This document shows positions 18,976 through 28,511 of a DNA stretch of 41,387 nt, piece after piece. The DNA is taken from contig CAZWTX010000023.1 in assembly GCA_964637135.1 (NCBI GenBank), forward strand, positions 1 to 41,387, given 5' to 3'. The notes beneath the pieces are model-generated. The model did not search any database. It saw only the letters and a program-made list of their open reading frames with translations, and had not been told where the DNA came from. A program made the position numbers and the translations under genes. Position 1 is the first letter of the stretch. Each line of letters opens with the position of its first letter. Source of the stretch: an uncultured Methanospirillum sp. (GTDB taxonomy: Archaea; Halobacteriota; Methanomicrobia; Methanomicrobiales; Methanospirillaceae).

Positions 18976-19779
18976 ATGCAGGGACGGATGGGAACCGGCG
19001 GAGAGGTCTTTTATTTTACTCATGCCGGGGGTGTCAGGCCGAATAATGAGGATGGTCTCCTGATATCGAACCGTATCATCTGCGAGAAATCCATGGATTC
19101 TGCAGAATTCTGTATTCCGAATACCCAAAAGACAATTTTTTGCGTAGCTGACGGAATCGGAGGATCTGACAAAGGAGAAATTGCCAGTAAAATCGTGTTG
19201 TCACATCTCGATTCCCATTATAGCGAGATTTCAGACGAGGAATCTGCAATTTCAGTCCTTACAACAGCAAAGATAGAACTTGACCGGTATGCAGAAGAAA
19301 ATCCTGAATCGTTTAACCTTGGGTGTACTATTGCAGGAATCCTAATCGTAAGGCAATCCGTGGTGGTATTTAATGCAGGGGATTGCAGGGTGTACCGGAT
19401 CAGGGATCACTATTTTGAGCGGATTACACGGGATCACTCGATAGTCCAGAGCCTGTATGAAAATGGAACAATCACTGAGGAAGAGATGCGACACCACCCC
19501 CGGAAAAATGTTGTCACCTCCTCATTATCAGGAGACGGGTCCCCATATTCCTTGAAAATCAACGTGAAAACCCTGCCATTACGGGAAGATGACCGCTTTT
19601 TTATCTGTTCAGACGGCATATGGTCATGTTTTTCTCATGATGACCTTGAGATGATATACGAACGGTACCAGGGAATTGAATTCTGCAGCCGTCTCCTCAT
19701 CGCTGCCCTCGCACGTCGGGCTTCAGACAATATCTCTGTAATCCTGGTGCATTATCCCAGCCTGATACCCGGGCCATGA
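18976..19779 (+). CDS. PP2C/PPM-family Ser/Thr phosphatase
   Basis: RPNNED, VADGIGG, NAGDCRVY, TRDHS, HPRKNVVT, CSDG, DNIS. Confidence 0.95.
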   Translation: MQGRMGTGGEVFYFTHAGGVRPNNEDGLLISNRIICEKSMDSAEFCIPNTQKTIFCVADGIGGSDKGEIASKIVLSHLDSHYSEISDEESAISVLTTAKIELDRYAEENPESFNLGCTIAGILIVRQSVVVFNAGDCRVYRIRDHYFERITRDHSIVQSLYENGTITEEEMRHHPRKNVVTSSLSGDGSPYSLKINVKTLPLREDDRFFICSDGIWSCFSHDDLEMIYERYQGIEFCSRLLIAALARRASDNISVILVHYPSLIPGP

Positions 19780-20317
19780 CGGGTACTGTCTGATATTGAT
19801 AATCGGTTGATATCGGAAGAGGAGAAAGAAGACCGGCTCCGGTCCTGGCCCGGGTAATGGGTGATAGCAATTGGTGGATATAAGCAGATTGGTGGCCAGG
19901 TGACTCTGCCGCTGGATCAGGCTCGAACAATTATGCCATATATCACATCTTCAGCGAACTCCGGGAATCCAGATTCGTTTTATCATAAATCACTCTGTTT
20001 GATATCATGAGACCGGCAACATTCAGGGACTGCTTTCCATAACCGGTCAGGTATCAGGTACTGACCGGTATACCTCCCGGGATAATATTCATTGCACTTA
20101 TAATTCCGGACAGGATGGGGGAAAAATCAGGATTTCTGGTGAGAAGATATTTGTGATAATATCCGTACTCGTCAGTTGATGACTATTCATCATCAGAACA
20201 GGTTTTTCCGAAGAATGAGGGATCCATCCAGAAGGAACCATTAGGGAAGAGATCTATCAAGATGAATGAAGAGTATATTCTCTGTACCTGGAACTACACC
20301 GGCCGGAAAGCATAGAG

Positions 20318-22933
20318 ATGGGTGAACAACAGACGAAAAGAGGATGGGAAAGCGATGAAAAGGAATGGCGTCACACGCATCGTGATCATAACCAGGAGAT
20401 CGCGCCGGGAGACGAGAAGAGTCCCCCATCCCCATCCTTTGGTCCATACCGATATGTCAGGCAGTTTCCTGCAACCGGAGGAGAGGCCGACATCTGGCTG
20501 GTCAGGAAAAAGAATCAAGAGGTAATTCTGAAATTATACCGGTTGGGAATCGAACCTAAACTACATGTTCTAGAACAGGTCAGAGAGATTAGTTCGCATA
20601 ATCCCGGGCACCTCATATGGATAAATGAATTCGGGTTTGATAATGAAACGAACCGGTGGTATGAAATTCTCGAGTATGTCAGGTATGGCTCCCTCAAGGA
20701 TCTCATTCGGGATGAAAAAATACCGGATACCTCTTTCCAGGTCATTATTCATGATATTTCAGAAGCGCTCTGGGCCCTGCACACATCCCACATCCTGCAT
20801 CTCGATCTTAAACCCTCGAATATTCTCGTGAGATCTCTCCATCCCCTCAATCTGATCCTGACGGATTTTGGAATTTCCACCCTTCTTGACAGTGATATCT
20901 CACGGCAGATCACGGACACCAAGGGAACACCCATGTACTGGGCCCCTGAACAACTCGGGAATTTCGTAGGAAAGGAGGCTGATTTCTGGGCACTTGGGGT
21001 GATCGCTCTTGAGATAGTCACGGGGAAACATCCCCTCGAAGGGCTGAATCATAACCTCATCCTTTCAACCCTTTCCTCCCGTGGAATACCAGTTCCGGAT
21101 ACCCTCCCGCATCATTATCAGGTCCTCCTGAAGGGTCTTCTCACCCGCAATCCAAAAAAACGCTGGGGATATTCTGAAGTTACCAGGTGGCTGAACGGGG
21201 AGAGAACAATTCCCGTGTATTATGAGGAAGAACAGAAAAATCACCAGACCGGATACAAGGGATACGAATTCAGGGGACAATGGTTTTTTTCTCTTGAAGA
21301 TTTACTCCAGGGATTTGTCACCGATCCCGCCTCATGGGAAGAAGCAAAAAGGCATATCGGCAGGGGGTACCTCACCCGGTGGCTCGAATCAAACGATCAG
21401 TACTCAAAGGCCGTAGAAGTAGAACGGTTTTTGGAAGAATACCAGGACGGGGATGAACGTCTCATCTTCCTTGCATCGCGCTATAACCCGGATGTTCCAT
21501 TTACTTTTCTGGGAAAAGTAATCGATCTTCCCGGGCTGATATGGTATCTTGGCAGGTTTCTCCGGCGGGAGCATGACGGAGCAGAGGACCGGATCTTATC
21601 CATGCTTTTCTCCGGAGAAATTGAGCGGATATGGAGAGAATACCTCAGGGTTTCAGGAAAACGGGAAGAGACCGATCCGGTGAAACGGATTTTTGACTGG
21701 CTCAGGGTCAGCCTCAGGGGAACAAGTGAGAAAAAAAGACTCTACGAATACGCAAAGGCACTCAGTGAATGGATCGGGACCGGTCCGCTTATGGAATGGA
21801 ATGGATACACCGTTATCCGGGTATACGAGCTAGCAAAGCGGTTTGATGAACTTGGCGCACGGGTCGAGGCCGGATTGTGCCAAAAAGACCTGATCAGGGC
21901 ATATGACGCTGCGATTACTGCACAGGAGCCGGATCCCGAACTTCTCGTTGCCTGTGCATCAATTATGGAAGCAATGGGAAAGAACGATGTCAGGGATCAA
22001 TGTCTGAAAAAAGCCTTTCCATCAGATGCCAGGGTAACCAGCCTGATATTCTCCCGAAAAACCGGGATCAACCGGTTCAGGGCATATACTGAGATGAAAA
22101 GCGAATATTACCGGTTGATTGGAGAACAGGAACCGGATCCCTGGAACCAATCCACAGAGTTCTGGAAGTCCTGTTTTTACCGGTCATTTGAGGAATGGGA
22201 TCTCCCGCTTGCCCTCGCATCTGCAGAAAGGGTAATCGAACTGGATCAATCGGGGGGGATCGGCTGGGCGATGCGGGGGTCGGTTCTCTCTGCCATGCGA
22301 AGAAAACAGGAGGCAGCTTTTTTTTTCTCGTCAGGAAGGGTCAGGGGATCTGATGATCCGGCAGTCTGGGTTCTAATTGCTGAATATGAGGAAAACGAAG
22401 GAAATTTCGGGAATGCTGAAGAGTTGAACGGGAGGGCCCTTGAGAGGGATCTCTCGTTGAAGCGGGGACAATACAATGAGATCCGATTTCTCATCAGGAA
22501 AAAACAATATCGTGTTGCGAGTGACCGATGTGATGAGATATTATCATCTGAACCCGCCAATGGCCTGATCCTGACCCTTCAGGCAGACATCCTGCAGTTG
22601 ACCGGACACGAGGATGAGTCAGGAGAACGGTATCAGCAGGTATGCTTTAAAAACCCGGACAATACCGATGCATGCCTGAAGTATACCCGCCATCTGCTCC
22701 AGAAAAGGATGTATTCCGAAGCAGATACGGTTCTTACCAGGATGATGCCAAAAAACAGTAATAATCCCCAGATTATTCGTTTAAAGGCATACGTTTGCAT
22801 TAAATTGGGAAATACAAAAGAGGCTCTTGATCATATCAACAAGGTGATCAGGCTGGAACCTGATGATCCCTGGTCAATTAAGGTGAAAGAGGCCCTGCTT
22901 GCCGGACAAACCACCGGGAGGATAATGCCATAA
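20318..22933 (+). CDS. Hanks-type Ser/Thr protein kinase with helical middle domain and C-terminal TPRs
   Basis: GGEADIW, ILKLY, HLDLKPSNIL, DFG, GTPMYWAPE, DFWALG; TPR-like repeats in the last ~250 aa; no obvious TM helix. Confidence 0.93.
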   Translation: MGEQQTKRGWESDEKEWRHTHRDHNQEIAPGDEKSPPSPSFGPYRYVRQFPATGGEADIWLVRKKNQEVILKLYRLGIEPKLHVLEQVREISSHNPGHLIWINEFGFDNETNRWYEILEYVRYGSLKDLIRDEKIPDTSFQVIIHDISEALWALHTSHILHLDLKPSNILVRSLHPLNLILTDFGISTLLDSDISRQITDTKGTPMYWAPEQLGNFVGKEADFWALGVIALEIVTGKHPLEGLNHNLILSTLSSRGIPVPDTLPHHYQVLLKGLLTRNPKKRWGYSEVTRWLNGERTIPVYYEEEQKNHQTGYKGYEFRGQWFFSLEDLLQGFVTDPASWEEAKRHIGRGYLTRWLESNDQYSKAVEVERFLEEYQDGDERLIFLASRYNPDVPFTFLGKVIDLPGLIWYLGRFLRREHDGAEDRILSMLFSGEIERIWREYLRVSGKREETDPVKRIFDWLRVSLRGTSEKKRLYEYAKALSEWIGTGPLMEWNGYTVIRVYELAKRFDELGARVEAGLCQKDLIRAYDAAITAQEPDPELLVACASIMEAMGKNDVRDQCLKKAFPSDARVTSLIFSRKTGINRFRAYTEMKSEYYRLIGEQEPDPWNQSTEFWKSCFYRSFEEWDLPLALASAERVIELDQSGGIGWAMRGSVLSAMRRKQEAAFFFSSGRVRGSDDPAVWVLIAEYEENEGNFGNAEELNGRALERDLSLKRGQYNEIRFLIRKKQYRVASDRCDEILSSEPANGLILTLQADILQLTGHEDESGERYQQVCFKNPDNTDACLKYTRHLLQKRMYSEADTVLTRMMPKNSNNPQIIRLKAYVCIKLGNTKEALDHINKVIRLEPDDPWSIKVKEALLAGQTTGRIMP

Positions 22934-23078
22934 TAACAAATCATCATCATCCTGCCGAAACCCTCAATAATGATATGAATAAAGTAAAAAGAGGGAAATC
23001 CTTACGGGTGATATGACCTGGTGTCTACCCGTTCTTATCCTGGATTCTGCGTGAAGATCAGATATCCGGTTCTGGAAT

Positions 23079-23576
23079 ATGGTTCTTGAGAAGATCTGCC
23101 AAACCTGTGGACTGGCCAATCCGGCGACCGAGAAGACATGCCAGAGATGTTTCTCTGATCTCTCCGCAATTCAACCGATTGAGCGGAAAACCATACGATT
23201 GCCGACATCTCCGGAGTCGCATAAACAACCGCCTGTTCATAAGATACCCATCATCGATCTTGATGGAGAAAAAACCATCCGGGAGATACACCCCCTTGAG
23301 CTCATTCAGGATCCGGGAAAGAAGATCACGGTCCGTCATGGTGACACGGTCGGCAGGGAGATGATCGGATCGCAGGTTCTCCATGAGTATAACACGGTCT
23401 CCCGTCAACATGCCACATTCAAGTTTTTTAATGGTAAGTGGCTGGTAAAAGATGAAAATTCAACCAACGGAACATATATCGGGGGAAAAAAGATTAACCC
23501 GGATATCTGGTATGAAATAGCGGGGGGAGATTCAATCTCCTTCTCGACAAACTGCACCTTTACCGTTCAGGTCTGA
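23079..23576 (+). CDS. Zn-ribbon plus FHA domain protein
   Basis: CQTC-x10-CQRC; FHA motifs VGR, VSRQHA, DENSTNGTY. Confidence 0.93.
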   Translation: MVLEKICQTCGLANPATEKTCQRCFSDLSAIQPIERKTIRLPTSPESHKQPPVHKIPIIDLDGEKTIREIHPLELIQDPGKKITVRHGDTVGREMIGSQVLHEYNTVSRQHATFKFFNGKWLVKDENSTNGTYIGGKKINPDIWYEIAGGDSISFSTNCTFTVQV

Positions 23577-24095
23577 CAGGTGCCGGACACGATGCAAGAG
23601 TGAGCTGCATCCAGACAAGATCGAAGACGTGTCCGTTTTTTATCCCGACGCCGAAAACCGCCCGACTTCACGAAATCCCCGTCTCTGATGAAAGCGCAGG
23701 CTTCCCTCATTCCTGGAGGAAACCGGAGCCAGAATACTGGATATTCCCCGTCGTCCCGCCTCACGAGCCAGATGGTCAAGGATACGTGTTCCATGACCTG
23801 AACCAGTCAGGTCATTCCTGATGAAATATCCCACCTCTGCAGTATGGCGAAAAGCCGGAAGAGGATTATGCGGGCGAAGCATCCCAAATCCAACCAGGAT
23901 ACCGGCATCATTTTTCAGGGTAACAAGAGGGTATCCGTTCAGTACCGTGGCTGCATGGGAGAAAAAATCCTCACCAACGGGATTCTCCAGGAATGCCGCA
24001 TCGCTGTGCTGAATGTAATAATTAAAGATTTCTGCAACCGGGGCATAGTCTTCAGCGGTCATCTCGCTGATGCGGACAATTCCTTCTGATTTCAT
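23560..24095 (-). pseudogene. GNAT acetyltransferase (phosphinothricin-acetyltransferase-like) with a 1-nt frameshift near the 3' end
   Basis: IFNYYI, GSGHGT and NEGSLRFH motifs. The frame stops at 23640, but the conserved tail GVGIKNGHVFDLVWMQLTL continues in another frame to TAA at 23560. Real lesion or sequencing error. Confidence 0.8.
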
Positions 24096-24134
24096 ACATC
24101 TTCCTCCTGTTCACCAGGCAGGTCCCGGAAAATG

Positions 24135-24149
24135 GTTTAGTGCCTATAC
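24135..24149. promoter_or_regulatory. Operator-like imperfect palindrome upstream of the GNAT gene
   Basis: GTTTAG-tgc-CTATAC (5 of 6 arm match) next to minus-strand TAAATA. Confidence 0.4.
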
Positions 24150-24155
24150 TATTTA

Positions 24156-24704
24156 TCAGGATATGTCAAACACGGATACGGAACGCTCTTTCTTTGATTC
24201 AATAAACCTGCGGGTATACTCACTGCGGATCTTCATCGATTCCTCCATCATCGATTCAAAGGACAGACAGACCGAGCAGACTGCATCGAGGAGAGCCGGA
24301 TCGTCCCGGTTCAGACCGGAGATCAGGTGATGGAGAATGCATTCATGAAGGCCCTGGTGCCATAATAATGCATTATTACCCTTTTCCGTAAGAACGAGCG
24401 AGAAGTTCCTGCTATCTCCTTCCTCCCGTGAACGGGTGATATAGCCTTTCTGTTCAAGCCTGGAGACGATTTGAGAAACTGCACCTTTTGTTACCCCGAG
24501 CTGGGATGCGATCGTTGAAAGGTTACTTCCCGGATACATTCCTGCCATCGCAATCAGGTGTATCTCTGAAGAATACAGGAGATCCCCGTACCCGATATTC
24601 ACAGGTTCTCCCTCAATTCTCACCGCACGATGGATGATACGGGTAATGATCTCAACCAGAACCGAGATGCGTTCCCGCGATGGTTCGCCTGCCAGTTCAT
24701 CCAT
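24156..24704 (-). CDS. MarR-family transcriptional regulator
   Basis: SEIHLI, winged HTH IASQLGVTKGAVSQIVSRLEQKGYI, DSR...LTEKG. Confidence 0.92.
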   Translation of the reverse strand: MDELAGEPSRERISVLVEIITRIIHRAVRIEGEPVNIGYGDLLYSSEIHLIAMAGMYPGSNLSTIASQLGVTKGAVSQIVSRLEQKGYITRSREEGDSRNFSLVLTEKGNNALLWHQGLHECILHHLISGLNRDDPALLDAVCSVCLSFESMMEESMKIRSEYTRRFIESKKERSVSVFDIS

Positions 24705-24772
24705 GCTTATATATTGGTCAGAATGCCATTTCCATCTTCCCAGGTTCTCCGGTGGACCGGCAAAAAAGAAGG

Positions 24773-27019
24773 TTACTGGCCGGGCAGATGTTCCTGCTTC
24801 TCTCCATGGTGAACCGCTTCCTGAACACCATGAACGAGGGTATCAAGTATCATCAGGACAGCCGGCATCACCACCACGGCACCCACGAGGGAGAAGAATA
24901 CGGCAATCACCGTTGTGAGACCGAAGTTGCTGATCATATTGAAATTTGAGAGCATGAGGGCAGAAAACCCGAAGAATGTCGCAAACCCGGAGACCATGAT
25001 GGCTGATCCGATCTTCCGGACGCTCTCACGGATCGCTGCCAGGGTATCCGTCGTATGTTCCCGTTCTTCAAGATACCGTTCCATGATGAGGATGGTATAT
25101 TCTGCAGCCACCCCGATAGTCATTGACCCGAGGCATGCCGTCATCGGCGTATACTCTATGCCGAGGATGGTCATTGCCACCGCATTCCATCCCACGATGC
25201 AGACGATTGGAACAATCGGCGTAACAGCATTTATTTTACGGTAAACAAGGGCCAGGAAAGCAACAATAAGAATGAAACCCAGCAGGGTCATTGTCTCTTT
25301 GCTCTCCCCAATATCCGCGATTAATGATGTAAAGAGGTCAAATTCTCCGGTGATCGCAGCATGGATTCCAGGGGGCGGAACCACGATATGAAGATCGCCC
25401 ATGAGTTGTTCCTTGAGCTCCTGCCGTTGCGGCATCTCGAGTTGTTTCGTGGAAAATTCGATAACAGCCTCTGTTCTGCCGTTCACAAACTGATTTCTGA
25501 TGCCAACCGGAATCAGATCCAGAACCCGTTCAATTTCTGACTGGGTAATAGGGAGTTGGCCGTTATTGTATTGAACGAGATAGTCTGCAATGCTCGTGGA
25601 ACCGGTGATCTGGATCCGTGTTCTCTCTTCATTCTCCTGATATTCCTGCATCCACAAAAGAACCTCAGGAGAGAGAATGTTATTCCCGGTCACAAGAACC
25701 GGGGCGGGATCAGTCGAGCCGACCGTCCGGGTAACCTTGTCAAGCGTGACCTTTGCTGGCATATCAGACGGGACAAAGGTCTTTTCGTTGGTTGAGATTG
25801 GGATATGGGGATCCACCTGGAGTCCGACAACGGCAATAAGGACGGCAAGAAGAAGAACCGGGATGGGATTCTTCGCGATCTTCACCGCGGTTTTTGAGAG
25901 AATCACATCTGCTGTCGTCTGTTCTGCTCCCGTATTTCTTTTCGGGGAATATGAGGTGAGCCTGGCAAAGAGCGGGATGCAAATCAGTGACGTGGCATAA
26001 CAGGTTGCGACCCCGATGATGGAAACGAGTCCGAACGACCGGATCATCGGAACCGGTGATATGAACATCGCGATGAACCCCATCGTGGTTGCTGCCATTG
26101 CAAAAAAAACGGCAGGACCGGTCCGGGTGATCGTCCTTCGGATAGCATCAGGAAGAGATCTCACCCGGGATTCCTCTTCTAGGCGGGCATGGAATTGAAT
26201 TGCATAATCTATTCCAAGACCGATGAGCACGGGAAATGCCGCAATGACCGCGGTGTTAACCGATATCCCGGACAGGCCCATGACTCCGAAGGTGATCACA
26301 AGCCCGATGGATACGATAAGAACCGGGAGAAACCGGTAACTTACGTACCCGAAGAGGAGACCCATGACGATGACCATCAGAACCATGGCCCCCATGATGA
26401 GGGTTCCCATCGAAGAACTCAGTTCTTCTTCCATCTCCTGATCAAAGACAGGAGATCCGGTAAGAGTTACCGTCACGCCGGGAGGAATTGCGGTTTCCTC
26501 GACAAAGGAGCGGATATTGTTCATCACGCTTTTGCGACGGTCTTCACTCATTCCCGGCTCCAGCTCGATCATGACCATGGTCAGGAGATTGGAGGGGATA
26601 TACCGGTTGAGAACTTCAGGCGGGATTTTTTCCTTCAGCAGGCTGATCTCTCCCGTTGAACGGGGGAGATTCCCACCGTTTGCCTGTGAAACCAGGTCGG
26701 CAATACTCGATACCGATGCTACATACTGGAGATTGCCAAGCGGTCTGTCGATATATGCGAGGTACGAGAGAACATCGGGACTGAGCGGATCATTACTCTC
26801 GATTAGGAGTATGAGGGTGTCCTGGCTGAATGTATCCGTGTAATGCGAATACGTGACCCCCTTTGGAGAATTTTTATCAAGATAGGTTTCCGATCCAGTC
26901 TGCATGTGAAGCATAGACATGCCGAGAAAAGAAAGGAGAATAAGAGTTCCCACCACGAACGCCACGTAGCGGGGGTGGCTGACGATAATCTCCGCGATAC
27001 TCTCAAAGAGTGAACGCAT
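24773..27019 (-). CDS. RND-superfamily (MMPL/HAE3-type) exporter
   Basis: Two homologous halves with GLGIDYAIQF and IGVAAEYTIL; about 12 TM helices and two extracytoplasmic loops. Confidence 0.92.
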   Translation of the reverse strand: MRSLFESIAEIIVSHPRYVAFVVGTLILLSFLGMSMLHMQTGSETYLDKNSPKGVTYSHYTDTFSQDTLILLIESNDPLSPDVLSYLAYIDRPLGNLQYVASVSSIADLVSQANGGNLPRSTGEISLLKEKIPPEVLNRYIPSNLLTMVMIELEPGMSEDRRKSVMNNIRSFVEETAIPPGVTVTLTGSPVFDQEMEEELSSSMGTLIMGAMVLMVIVMGLLFGYVSYRFLPVLIVSIGLVITFGVMGLSGISVNTAVIAAFPVLIGLGIDYAIQFHARLEEESRVRSLPDAIRRTITRTGPAVFFAMAATTMGFIAMFISPVPMIRSFGLVSIIGVATCYATSLICIPLFARLTSYSPKRNTGAEQTTADVILSKTAVKIAKNPIPVLLLAVLIAVVGLQVDPHIPISTNEKTFVPSDMPAKVTLDKVTRTVGSTDPAPVLVTGNNILSPEVLLWMQEYQENEERTRIQITGSTSIADYLVQYNNGQLPITQSEIERVLDLIPVGIRNQFVNGRTEAVIEFSTKQLEMPQRQELKEQLMGDLHIVVPPPGIHAAITGEFDLFTSLIADIGESKETMTLLGFILIVAFLALVYRKINAVTPIVPIVCIVGWNAVAMTILGIEYTPMTACLGSMTIGVAAEYTILIMERYLEEREHTTDTLAAIRESVRKIGSAIMVSGFATFFGFSALMLSNFNMISNFGLTTVIAVFFSLVGAVVVMPAVLMILDTLVHGVQEAVHHGEKQEHLPGQ

Positions 27020-27034
27020 GGAAAATCCCCCCTG

Positions 27035-28366
27035 TTAGCAGACACTCTTTTTCCGCTGGTTGAATGTGTAATACGCGCCGCCAATGATGAGGATCAGGAC
27101 AACAGCAATCACCAGTGGATTTTTCAGTAATGCTGCCAGTCCATCAGGGGGAACAACCTCGAGCTGGACCTTGACAGTGTCTGATATCTGGCTGTTTCCA
27201 AGGGCATCTCTATACCGCACCTCAGAATCAAGCCCGTAGGTCTTATCAACCGCATCGCTTCCGGTAGAGAGTTCATACCGTGCCACCGCTGACTCGCCTG
27301 GTGCAATGTCACCGAGATAGGCGAGATCATCATTGCTAGAGAAGGGATCCACGGCACTTAACCGTGCTTCTGCACTGTATGCCGTGGCACCGCCGTCATT
27401 GCGGTAAGTGACATCGATAACCTGCTTTCCACCGGGAGTTACACGGGGATTCTCACCGGTTATGGTAAATTCTATCTTCCCCCCGACAGGGATACCAAAA
27501 CTCTCAACCGGGGTGTCAAGTTTCTCACCGTCGATATTCTCATAACTGACGAGAACCTCCATCGGGTATACCTGGGGTTCTGCATCACGGGTTACGGAGA
27601 CCTTAAAATTTGCTTCAACTTCCTGGCCGGGTGTAAACTCCCCGACATATACGGTACCGTCGACCGGGACAACCGGTGATGAACCTGAACGGTTCAGTTT
27701 TGCAATTGCTTTATACCCGGTTGCGGTCCCGCCATTTTTGAGAAGGAGGGTGACATACCCTTCACCGCCGGCATTGATATCAGACGGGGTAACCGAGAGA
27801 ACATCAAGGTTTATTGCCGATTTTACCACGAAAGGAACCTCAATTGTCACCGTTTTCGAGGAGTACCGGTTTACGACACTGTCTGTTCCCATCTGTTCTG
27901 CATCTGCAAGATAGATATACTCAAGCATCAGCGGAAGGGCATAACTGCCAGCCTTTCCGTCATCCTGAACGCGGATCTGGAACGTGACCGGAACCGATTC
28001 AGAGCCCTTGATATCACCGATCATCTGTGAATCTGATTTGATCAGGATGGGGGCACCATCTGGAAGAAGGGTTGCGTGAACCATCTTCGCAGTCGAGGGG
28101 AGATCATCCCGATCCACGATCCCTGACTGCACCATCTTCATGTTATTCAGACCGGTATTCTGGATAAGAATGGTGAGTTCGGTGGAATCTCCCGGAACAA
28201 ACTCGTTGCTCCCGGATATCGTTGCTGACAGGTTTGGTTCTCCTGACAGGTATTTGACCCCTGCCATGACCGGTGTTGCAATGAGGGATACCAGACAGAG
28301 TCCGATAATAAGCAGACCAATAACAGGAATCAGGGTTCTTGCATGAGCAGTTTCAGTTCTGAACAT
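27035..28366 (-). CDS. COG1361 S-layer-domain / Ig-like protein, membrane-anchored
   Basis: Signal peptide; repeated N-G...GDI-PG...Y Ig-like units; C-terminal TM helix plus RKK. Confidence 0.85.
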   Translation of the reverse strand: MFRTETAHARTLIPVIGLLIIGLCLVSLIATPVMAGVKYLSGEPNLSATISGSNEFVPGDSTELTILIQNTGLNNMKMVQSGIVDRDDLPSTAKMVHATLLPDGAPILIKSDSQMIGDIKGSESVPVTFQIRVQDDGKAGSYALPLMLEYIYLADAEQMGTDSVVNRYSSKTVTIEVPFVVKSAINLDVLSVTPSDINAGGEGYVTLLLKNGGTATGYKAIAKLNRSGSSPVVPVDGTVYVGEFTPGQEVEANFKVSVTRDAEPQVYPMEVLVSYENIDGEKLDTPVESFGIPVGGKIEFTITGENPRVTPGGKQVIDVTYRNDGGATAYSAEARLSAVDPFSSNDDLAYLGDIAPGESAVARYELSTGSDAVDKTYGLDSEVRYRDALGNSQISDTVKVQLEVVPPDGLAALLKNPLVIAVVLILIIGGAYYTFNQRKKSVC

Positions 28367-28431
28367 TTCTCTCTTCCATGAAAATGTTGATGCTCAGATG
28401 ATTAGGATCACTTGAATAAATAGTTGTTGCT

Positions 28432-28446
28432 TATTTGTTACAAATA
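28432..28446. promoter_or_regulatory. Perfect palindrome in a divergent promoter region
   Basis: TATTTGT-T-ACAAATA. Confidence 0.5.
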
Positions 28447-28511
28447 CGGGTTGGTAATGTGTGATGCTGCTATGGGTAATGTATATCTGATACAGCATCC
28501 CACAGATATAC

